NCBI RefSeq assembly: GCF_000007985.2
Contig: NC_002939.5
Coordinates: 2,400,001 to 2,432,000, forward strand
Direction of reading: 5' to 3'
Origin: Geobacter sulfurreducens PCA
GTDB lineage: Bacteria; Desulfobacterota; Desulfuromonadia; Geobacterales; Geobacteraceae
Length of the DNA stretch: 32,000 bases
A program made the translations under genes and the position numbers. Shown in pieces: positions 18,357 to 25,524 of this stretch. The notes beneath the pieces were generated by a model, which did no database searches, was not told the DNA's origin, and was given only the letters and a program-made list of their open reading frames with translations. Every line of letters begins with the position of its first letter. Position 1 is the stretch's first letter.

Positions 18357-20384
18357 ATGCGACATATCGGTAAATGGCTCATGCCGTTGCCCGTACTGAT
18401 CCTCTGCGCCCCGCTTGCTCTCCTTGCCGAGGAAGGTCACAAGCCCTTCTCGGCCACCATGGAAACGGGTGGAGCGGGGCTTGCGGTCTCCGACGACATC
18501 AGCCGGGTGAACGAATATTCCTCCGTCAGAACCGAGCCCGGCATCAACCCGTACGGCAAGGTCGACATCCAAATCGACAAGGGAGGAGTCGAACTGGACC
18601 TCAACAGCCGCTACCTGGATTCCCGCGACCAGACCCACGGTGCGCGGATCGACGTGAAGCGGTTCTTCAAGAGCAGTTTCAGCTACGATGCCTTCCAGCA
18701 CTGGCTCGACCATGACAAACTCCAGTATCTGGATGCCTCGATCCCGGCTGCACCGGTGGCGGGCGCGTTCGATACCACCGGAGCCATCCTCGGCGTGCCC
18801 ACCGCTACCGGCACCACAAATCTTTACGCGTACACCGCCAACCCGATCGGACCGAACTTCGCGCCCAACTTCCTCGTTACGCGCAGATCCGACGGGGCTC
18901 GCTTCGTAACCAACGTGGCGCCGTCCGACACGGCAACCTATGCCGTTCAGCAACTCGGCCGGGCATCACTGTACGGCGAGGATATGGTTCCGAACCAGGA
19001 CTTTTCCATCGTGCGGCGGGAGTGGAAGAGCAATTCCGACTTCACCATCCCCCAACTGCCCAATCTCACCTTTCACTTCGGTTTCCGGGAGGAGACCCGT
19101 GAAGGGTGGGAGCAATCCATCGGCATGAGCAAGTGCACCTCGTGCCACATTACCGGCCAAAGCAAGCAGATCAGCGAAAGCACCCGCGACCTGACCGCGG
19201 GAGTGACCGGCAAATTCGGTCTCCTGACCATGAACTACACCTATCTGAACCGCCAGTTCCGTGAGAACGGCGCCGATCCGGTCCGCCGCTACGACCCGGC
19301 CCTCTCGCCAGGGGCAGCGCTGCCTGCAAACTACTATACCGGGGCAAACTCCCCCCCCACCTTCGACAACCGGATGCTCTACGATTACCGGGACGGCTAC
19401 CTGCCTTACGACGTGACCCCAGACTCCAACAAGGACAGCCACGTTGTCAAAGCCAAGGTTGATCTTCCCCGGGACACCACGGTCTTTGCCAGCTACGTGA
19501 AAGCAACGGTGGATAGCGACAAATCGGACGATCCCGGCTACTTCACCCTGGACAAGAAGACCCTCGAATCCGAGTATGACGCCTGGAGCGGCAAGGTCAG
19601 CACCACTCTCTGGAAACGACTGACTCTCACTCTTCGGGGCAAGCTGGAAAAACTCCAGGATGACGACGTGGCCATCACCTACACGCCCATCGCCTACAAC
19701 GACGGCAATGCCGCCAATGACATCTTCGGCTTCCCCGGCGCCACGGCTTCGGACATCCTGATGCTGCAAACCATCAACCGCCACTCCAGCGCATCGCGCG
19801 ACGTGGCGACCCTGGGGCTCGACTCGGTCTACCGCCTGGCGAAGCGAACCACCCTCCGCCTCTCCTACGAGTTCAAAAACGAGGATCGCGACGACTCCTT
19901 CTTCGGCACAACCAAGACGCACACCGTCAAGGCCGCCCTCAACGCCAGGCCCACCAATACCCTTTCGGCCCGGGCAAGCTACACCTTCAAGGCCATCGAA
20001 AACCCTTTCCAGAACCCAACCGCCGGGCTGGTCCCCTTCACCCAGTCGGCCAGCGGCTACGGCTACCTGGTGGGCAACGGCCCCACCTATGGCGTTGAGT
20101 TTTACGACCGCAGGACTGCCGACCTGACCAACCGCCCCGACACGGTCCACGAGGGGAGCCTTTCCACCACCTGGTCCCCCTCGCCGCGCTTCTCCGCCAC
20201 GGCCTTCGTGCGGGTGAAGAATGAAAGCAACGACCTGAATAAAACCACCTGGAAACAGGAGACTTACGTGCCGGGCGTATCGCTCTGGTACGCCCCCTCG
20301 GACAAGGTGAGCATGACCCTGGCATACACCTATCTCAAGCAGACGACCGAGAATTCAATGTGCCAGGGGCTTTACGACGGCTGA
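18357..20384 (+). CDS. MtrB/PioB-like outer-membrane beta-barrel, N-terminal 675 codons up to the in-frame TGA
   Basis: RBS AAAGGAG 6 nt upstream, 24 nt after the decahaem stop. Signal peptide ...APLALLA/EE. Long run of amphipathic strands. Internal CTSCH at aa 260-264. As written it ends ...CQGLYDG with no OMP beta-signal. Confidence 0.75.
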   Translation: MRHIGKWLMPLPVLILCAPLALLAEEGHKPFSATMETGGAGLAVSDDISRVNEYSSVRTEPGINPYGKVDIQIDKGGVELDLNSRYLDSRDQTHGARIDVKRFFKSSFSYDAFQHWLDHDKLQYLDASIPAAPVAGAFDTTGAILGVPTATGTTNLYAYTANPIGPNFAPNFLVTRRSDGARFVTNVAPSDTATYAVQQLGRASLYGEDMVPNQDFSIVRREWKSNSDFTIPQLPNLTFHFGFREETREGWEQSIGMSKCTSCHITGQSKQISESTRDLTAGVTGKFGLLTMNYTYLNRQFRENGADPVRRYDPALSPGAALPANYYTGANSPPTFDNRMLYDYRDGYLPYDVTPDSNKDSHVVKAKVDLPRDTTVFASYVKATVDSDKSDDPGYFTLDKKTLESEYDAWSGKVSTTLWKRLTLTLRGKLEKLQDDDVAITYTPIAYNDGNAANDIFGFPGATASDILMLQTINRHSSASRDVATLGLDSVYRLAKRTTLRLSYEFKNEDRDDSFFGTTKTHTVKAALNARPTNTLSARASYTFKAIENPFQNPTAGLVPFTQSASGYGYLVGNGPTYGVEFYDRRTADLTNRPDTVHEGSLSTTWSPSPRFSATAFVRVKNESNDLNKTTWKQETYVPGVSLWYAPSDKVSMTLAYTYLKQTTENSMCQGLYDG

Positions 20385-20822
20385 GCGGGCATCATCGTAT
20401 CGGGCCAGTTTGGCTCGACTTGTGACGAATACCAGTACGACACCGACGTCCACACGGTATCGCTCACCACAAACTATGACGCAACCGAGAAGCTCAAGCT
20501 CTTCGCCAATGCCATGTACAACGACGCCGAAGCCCGCATGAACGGCCTCTATTTCCCCTCGTTCGCGGAACTCGGCTACACGGACCCGGTCCTCACCTCC
20601 GCCTTCTACGGTCTGCAAAACCTGCCGCGCATCCAGGAGTATTCCGACCTCCGCTACCGGCAGATCGACCTGAGCGCCGGGGGAACGTACCAATTCACCC
20701 CCAATCTTTTCATGACCGCCCAGGCCGGATTCCAGCAGTTCATGGACGATGCCCCCTATGTCTACGGTGACCAGGACGGCATCACCTACACCGGGTCGGT
20801 CGGAATCGGTTATAAGTTCTAG
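20385..20822 (+). CDS. In-frame C-terminal continuation of the same barrel (145 codons) carrying the beta-signal
   Basis: Same frame as 18357..20384, with no stop between 20385 and 20820. GC3 of the 44 codons from 20385 through the first ATG (20514-20516) is about 77% (34/44), which is coding-like. No SD precedes the ATG at 20514. Ends ...YTGSVGIGYKF, a typical OMP C-terminus, and the strong terminator comes only after it. Confidence 0.6.
   Translation, partial: AGIIVSGQFGSTCDEYQYDTDVHTVSLTTNYDATEKLKLFANAMYNDAEARMNGLYFPSFAELGYTDPVLTSAFYGLQNLPRIQEYSDLRYRQIDLSAGGTYQFTPNLFMTAQAGFQQFMDDAPYVYGDQDGITYTGSVGIGYKF
20395..20428 (+). other. SECIS-like hairpin downstream of the in-frame TGA
   Basis: Apical hairpin U-CGGGCC-AGUUU-GGCUCG-A (20400-20418: 7 bp with one G.U, pentaloop containing GU, loop G 26 nt from the U of UGA). 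A 4-bp lower stem UCGU/ACGA (20395-98 with 20425-28) lies across an asymmetric internal loop. Confidence 0.3.
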
Positions 20823-20863
20823 ATCGGCGTGCCCTTCAGGGGCCTCCTTCCTGGAATGTCATC

Positions 20864-20891
20864 GGGCGGACCGAACGGTCCGCCCTTTTTT
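20864..20891 (+). terminator. Rho-independent terminator of the decahaem/barrel operon
   Basis: GGGCGGACC-GAAC-GGTCCGCCC followed by TTTTTT. Confidence 0.85.
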
Positions 20892-20936
20892 GTCCGTCGC
20901 CGAAGAGCGAGACACTGGCGAAAAGGTATTTTGGGC

Positions 20937-20966
20937 TTGACAGTATCGTCTGCTCGGTGCTATTTA
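20937..20966 (+). promoter_or_regulatory. Sigma70-type promoter of rpsT
   Basis: TTGACA (20937-42), an 18-nt spacer ending in TGC, then TATTTA (20961-66), i.e. an extended -10 TGnTATTTA. Confidence 0.5.
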
Positions 20967-21033
20967 AATACCTTTCGAAAACGAAGAAATCACTCCTCGA
21001 ACGATACTCAATAGAATTACATGGAGGTGCAGT

Positions 21034-21297
21034 TTGGCTCACCACAAATCGGCCCTGAAGAGAATCAAGCAGAACAAGAAGAAGTACCTGAGGAACAAGC
21101 ACATCCGCTCTACCCTGCGGACCTTCATAAAGCGCGTGCGCGAGGCTGTTGAGGCCAAGAATGCGGACCAGGCCCGGCAAGCCCTGCTGGCCGCCATCCC
21201 GGTCATCGACAAGGCGGCCTCCAAAGGGGTCATTCATGCCTCCAATGCTTCCCGGAACGTCTCCCGCCTGACAAAGCTCGTCAACACCCTCGGCTAG
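21034..21297 (+). CDS. rpsT: 30S ribosomal protein S20
   Basis: 87 aa with TTG start and GGAGGTG 4 nt upstream. [16 protein letters not shown]... is the canonical S20 N-terminus. Confidence 0.95.
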   Translation: MAHHKSALKRIKQNKKKYLRNKHIRSTLRTFIKRVREAVEAKNADQARQALLAAIPVIDKAASKGVIHASNASRNVSRLTKLVNTLG

Positions 21298-21322
21298 ACG
21301 TACCGCTACAGAACAGTTACAC

Positions 21323-21354
21323 AAAAAGGGGGCTCCGTCGGGAGCCCCCTTTTT
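21323..21354. terminator. Bidirectional terminator between rpsT and holA
   Basis: AAAAA-GGGGGCTCC-GTCG-GGAGCCCCC-TTTTT. Confidence 0.85.
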
Positions 21355-21373
21355 ATTGCTGTAAAGCGTTGCG

Positions 21374-22387
21374 TTACCTCTTCCGCCGTCCCATCCCGCA
21401 CACGTCCATCACCAGCCGTTCCATGACCAGCGAAGGTTTTCCGCCGCCACCGACTCCCTTGAGGGCGAGATCGGCTGCATAGAGCCCCTCGAAGACCCGG
21501 CGCAGGTCTGCCACGGTGAAGTTGCGGGCCTGATCCATGACCCCCTTGAGGAAGTAGGGATTGATGCCGGTTCTGCGGGCGACCTCCTGTTGCTGGACCT
21601 TGGCGGCCATGAGCTCGCGCACCCGCCAGAGCTGGCGGAAATGCCGCGCTATCATGGCCAGAAGCATGAGTGGGGCCTCGCCGTCCCGCAAAATAGTGGC
21701 CAGGCTCCGCAGAGACTTGCCCAGATCACGCTCTCCCAGAGCGTTGGCCAGGTCGAAAACGCTTTCCACCTTGGTATCGGATACCACTTCCCGCACATCC
21801 TCTACCGTGAGCGTCTCCCTCGTACCCACAAAGGTGGCCACCTTTTCCAGCTGGGTCGCCAGTTCCCCCAGATTGTTCCCCACGAGATAGACGAGCATTT
21901 CAACGGCAGCGCCGTCGATCCGCTTGCCGAGACTCCGGGCCTCGTCACGGATGAATACGCCGAGCTGGTTCTCGTAGGGACGCTTGAACTCGACCAGTTC
22001 TCCCTTTTTTGCCAGATCCAGGAAAAACTTCTTCCGCTTGTCGATCTTGTCGCCCACAAAGAGGAGACAGGTCTGGGGAGCGGGATCGGCAACGCAGGCG
22101 GCAAGGGTTTCGAGAGCAGCGGCCGACAGATCGCCGGCCCGCTTGACGAGCACCATGCGGCGGTCGGCGAACATGGGCAGGGTCTGGGCGGCAGTGGCGA
22201 TATCATCCCCCTTGCTCTCGTTGCCGTAGAATACGTCCAGGTTGAAATCGCGGAAATCCGCCGACACGACCCGTTCCGTGAGACGCTTGACGGCCCGCTC
22301 CATCAGATAGGGCTCGTCTCCGTAAAAATAGTAAAGGGGGGCAATCTCCCCCCTTTCAATGGCGTTATCCAGTTCGTCGGATTTCAT
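21374..22387 (-). CDS. holA: DNA polymerase III delta subunit
   Basis: 337 aa. N-terminal ...APLYYFYGDEPYLMERA is typical of HolA. Conserved leuS-lptE-holA synteny. Confidence 0.85.
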   Translation of the reverse strand: MKSDELDNAIERGEIAPLYYFYGDEPYLMERAVKRLTERVVSADFRDFNLDVFYGNESKGDDIATAAQTLPMFADRRMVLVKRAGDLSAAALETLAACVADPAPQTCLLFVGDKIDKRKKFFLDLAKKGELVEFKRPYENQLGVFIRDEARSLGKRIDGAAVEMLVYLVGNNLGELATQLEKVATFVGTRETLTVEDVREVVSDTKVESVFDLANALGERDLGKSLRSLATILRDGEAPLMLLAMIARHFRQLWRVRELMAAKVQQQEVARRTGINPYFLKGVMDQARNFTVADLRRVFEGLYAADLALKGVGGGGKPSLVMERLVMDVCGMGRRKR

Positions 22388-22390
22388 GGT

Positions 22391-22921
22391 TCAAAAGTTC
22401 TCGGACATCCTGAGGGTCAGTTCGCGCGCCAGGCGGCGGCAGATGACGGCTATGGCCTGCTCTTCACTGTTCTGCTGAAGTACCAGGTCGTCATTGGCTG
22501 GGAAGTCCTGGTAAGCGGAAAGGCTCCCCTTCCAGAGAACCTGCCCCGAGTCGGTGCGCCGGAGCGTAGCTTCCACCGTGACCGTGGCCCGGTACTCCTT
22601 CACCGTGTCGGTGGCGGTGTACGAGACCGCGGCAGTACCGTAGGAGACAACGGCACCGGACAGGGTCAACTCACCGCTGTCCTCCACGGCGCGGCTCCCC
22701 TCGCGGCGCACGAACTCGTCGATGAGGGAGTTCGTCAGCACCGCCTCCACGTTGGGCCGGTAGCTCTTGTTGGTAAAGATGTCAACGTGGACGGTCTTGT
22801 CCGCCAACGCCGACCCTTCCCCCCCGATCCTGGCCGCGCGGTAGCCGCACCCGCCCCCTGCGGCTAGCACAAGGGCCGCGAGCCCTGCGATCAGGAATCG
22901 TGTCATCAGGGAACGGGTCAC
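22391..22921 (-). CDS. lptE: LPS-assembly lipoprotein LptE (RlpB)
   Basis: 176 aa. Lipoprotein signal ...LAAGGGC/GY. Its position between leuS and holA is the classical synteny. Confidence 0.7.
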   Translation of the reverse strand: MTRSLMTRFLIAGLAALVLAAGGGCGYRAARIGGEGSALADKTVHVDIFTNKSYRPNVEAVLTNSLIDEFVRREGSRAVEDSGELTLSGAVVSYGTAAVSYTATDTVKEYRATVTVEATLRRTDSGQVLWKGSLSAYQDFPANDDLVLQQNSEEQAIAVICRRLARELTLRMSENF

Positions 22922-22924
22922 CGG

Positions 22925-25399
22925 TCACCCCACCACGATATTGAGAAGCTTGCCGGGGACATAGATGGCCTTACGGATCTGCTTCCCGTCAAGCCACGGC
23001 TTTACCTTGTCGTCGGCAAAGGCCGCGGCCTTTACCTGCTCCTCGCCGGCATCCACGGCAACCGTAACCTTGCCGCGCAGTTTGCCGTTCACCTGCACCA
23101 CAATGAGGAGTTCCTCCTCAACAGTCGCCTCGGGATCGTAGGAAGGCCAGCCGGACGCCTCCACGCCTCCCTGGTGTCCCAGGGACTCCCAAAGCTCCTC
23201 GGCCACATGAGGAACAAAGGGTGCGAGCAGTTGCACGACGCTTTCCACCGCCTCCCGGAGAACCGGGGCGTTTTCAGGAGCGTTCTTCGGCTCGAAGGAC
23301 TGGATGGCGTTCACCAATTCCATGACCGCCGAGATGGCCGTATTGAAGTGGAACCGCTCGTCCAGGTCATCGGTCACCTTACGGATGGTCTTGTGCACGG
23401 TCCGGCGCAGGTCGCGCGCTCCATCGCCCAGGGCGGCCGGGTCGGGCTTGCCCGCGGAGCCGATGAAGGGCAGAACCTCGAAGACCAGGCGCCAGACGCG
23501 ATTGAGGAATCGGAAGCTTCCCTCGACTCCCTGGTCGCTCCAGTCAAGATCCTTCTCGGGAGGCGCGGCGAACAGGGTGAACAGCCGGGCCGTGTCGGCG
23601 CCGTAGCGCTCGATCAGGGCGTCGGGGTCTACCACGTTCCCCTTGGACTTGCTCATCTTGGCCCCGTCCTTGATGACCATCCCCTGGGTGAGGAGGTTCT
23701 TGAACGGTTCGGCCACGGTCACGTACCCCAGGTCGCGCAGGGCCTTGGTGAAAAAGCGCGAGTAGAGGAGGTGAAGAACGGCGTGCTCGATGCCGCCGAT
23801 GTACTGGTCAACGGGCATCCAGTACCCGGCCCGGGCCCGGTCGATGGGGCCGCAGGCGAAATCGGGGCAGCAGTAGCGGAGAAAATACCAGGAGGACTGG
23901 ACAAAGGTGTCCATGGTGTCGGTTTCGCGCCGAGCCTCGGCACCGCACTGGGGACAGGTGACGTTGACGAACGATTCGACCCTGGCAAGGGGATTGCCCC
24001 CCTCGCCCGTGAACTCGGCGTCCATGGGGAGAACCACCGGCAGATCCTTGTCCGGCACCGGCACCACGCCGCAGATATCGCAGTTGATGACGGGAATCGG
24101 GTTCCCCCAGTAGCGCTGGCGGGAGATACCCCAATCGCGCAGCCGGTAGTTGACGGTCTTGGTGCCGACCCCTTCCTGCTCCAGGTAATCGGCAATCTTC
24201 TCCTTGGCCTCATCACTCTTCATTCCGTTGAAGGGGCCGGAGTTGACCATGGTCCCCACCTCGGTATAGGCGGCGGTCATGGCGGCAGGGTCGAGGGTTT
24301 CGCCCTCGGGCTGGATCACCACCTGGAGCGGCAGGTCGTACGTGCGGGCGAACTCGAAATCGCGCTGGTCATGGGTGGGCACCGCCATGACCGCGCCGGT
24401 GCCGTAGTCGAGCAGGACGAAGTTGGCGAGATAGACCGGCATCCGCAGATTGGTTACCGGATTGATGCAATAGGCGCCGGTGAAGACCCCTTCCTTCTCA
24501 AAATCCTCGGCGGTCCGCTTGATCTTGTCGGTCTTCTTGACCTTGTCGATGAACGCCTCCACCTCGGCGCGGCGCTCCGGCGTGGTCAGCTCCAGGGCCT
24601 GCGGGTGCTCGGGCGCCAGGGACATGAACGTGGCGCCGTAGAGGGTGTCCTGACGGGTGGTGAACACCTTGACCTTCTCGACTTTCCCCTCGACCGGGAA
24701 ATCGATCTCGCAGCCGAAGCTCTTGCCGATCCAGTTCCGCTGCATCACCAGAACCCGCTCGGGCCAGCCGGGAAGGTTCCAGGTATCCTCAAGCAGTTCC
24801 TCGGCGTAGCGGGTGATTCGGAAGAACCACTGGTCGAGCTCTTTCTGGGTCACATCGCTGTCGCAACGCCAGCAGCAGCCGTCCTCCACCTGCTCGTTGG
24901 CGAGCACCGTCTCGCAGGCGGGGCACCAGTTCACAAAGGAACTCTTCTTGTAGACGAGCCCCTTCTCATACATTTCCAGGAACATTTTCTGTTCCCACTT
25001 GTAGTAGTCGACATCGCAGGTGGCAAGTTCGCGGCCCCAGTCATAGGAAAGGCCCATCTTCTTGAGCTGGCTCCGCATGTAGTCGATGTTCTCGTAGGTC
25101 CACTTGGCCGGATGGCTGCCATGCTTGATGGCGGCGTTTTCGGCCGGCATGCCGAAGGCATCCCATCCCATGGGGTGCAGGACGTTGAAGCCGCGCATCC
25201 TCTTGAACCGGCCCACCACGTCGCCGATGGAGTAGTTGCGCACATGCCCCATGTGAATGCGGCCCGAGGGATAGGGAAACATCTCGAGCAGGTAATATTT
25301 CGGCTTCGACGGATCTTCGGTGACCGTGAAGGTTTTGTTCTCTTCCCAGATTTCCTGCCACTTCCCCTCAACGTTTTTGGGGATGTAACGCTCTTGCAC
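22925..25399 (-). CDS. leuS: Leucyl-tRNA synthetase
   Basis: The ORF track extends to 25546. I call the GTG at 25399 (GGTGGAGGTG upstream) as the start, giving (M)[21 protein letters not shown]-type motif [15 protein letters not shown] and KMSKS present (AKMSKSKGN). Confidence 0.95.
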   Translation of the reverse strand: MQERYIPKNVEGKWQEIWEENKTFTVTEDPSKPKYYLLEMFPYPSGRIHMGHVRNYSIGDVVGRFKRMRGFNVLHPMGWDAFGMPAENAAIKHGSHPAKWTYENIDYMRSQLKKMGLSYDWGRELATCDVDYYKWEQKMFLEMYEKGLVYKKSSFVNWCPACETVLANEQVEDGCCWRCDSDVTQKELDQWFFRITRYAEELLEDTWNLPGWPERVLVMQRNWIGKSFGCEIDFPVEGKVEKVKVFTTRQDTLYGATFMSLAPEHPQALELTTPERRAEVEAFIDKVKKTDKIKRTAEDFEKEGVFTGAYCINPVTNLRMPVYLANFVLLDYGTGAVMAVPTHDQRDFEFARTYDLPLQVVIQPEGETLDPAAMTAAYTEVGTMVNSGPFNGMKSDEAKEKIADYLEQEGVGTKTVNYRLRDWGISRQRYWGNPIPVINCDICGVVPVPDKDLPVVLPMDAEFTGEGGNPLARVESFVNVTCPQCGAEARRETDTMDTFVQSSWYFLRYCCPDFACGPIDRARAGYWMPVDQYIGGIEHAVLHLLYSRFFTKALRDLGYVTVAEPFKNLLTQGMVIKDGAKMSKSKGNVVDPDALIERYGADTARLFTLFAAPPEKDLDWSDQGVEGSFRFLNRVWRLVFEVLPFIGSAGKPDPAALGDGARDLRRTVHKTIRKVTDDLDERFHFNTAISAVMELVNAIQSFEPKNAPENAPVLREAVESVVQLLAPFVPHVAEELWESLGHQGGVEASGWPSYDPEATVEEELLIVVQVNGKLRGKVTVAVDAGEEQVKAAAFADDKVKPWLDGKQIRKAIYVPGKLLNIVVG

Positions 25400-25452
25400 G
25401 CCGGCACCTCCACCTGATTCTGACGATAGTTCGAAAGGTTTGTTATTAGCAC

Positions 25453-25493
25453 AAAAAAGCCGGCCATGCAAACAGAGAGGTTTGCCGGCCGGC
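25453..25493 (-). terminator. Rho-independent terminator after the 27-haem cytochrome gene
   Basis: On the minus strand GCCGGCC-GG-CAAAC-CTCTCT-GTTTG-CAT-GGCCGGC is followed by TTTTTTG. Confidence 0.6.
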
Positions 25494-25524
25494 GCGGGTC
25501 TGATCGGCAGTTGCGGGCTGCGGC

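Noticed and set aside
20514-20822. The 102-aa ORF starting at ATG 20514 as an independent small gene.
   Set aside because: It has no Shine-Dalgarno and no signal peptide. It is in the same frame as the upstream barrel, and the 43 intervening codons look coding. The product is just the last strands plus the beta-signal of an OMP, so I treated it as part of the interrupted barrel gene.
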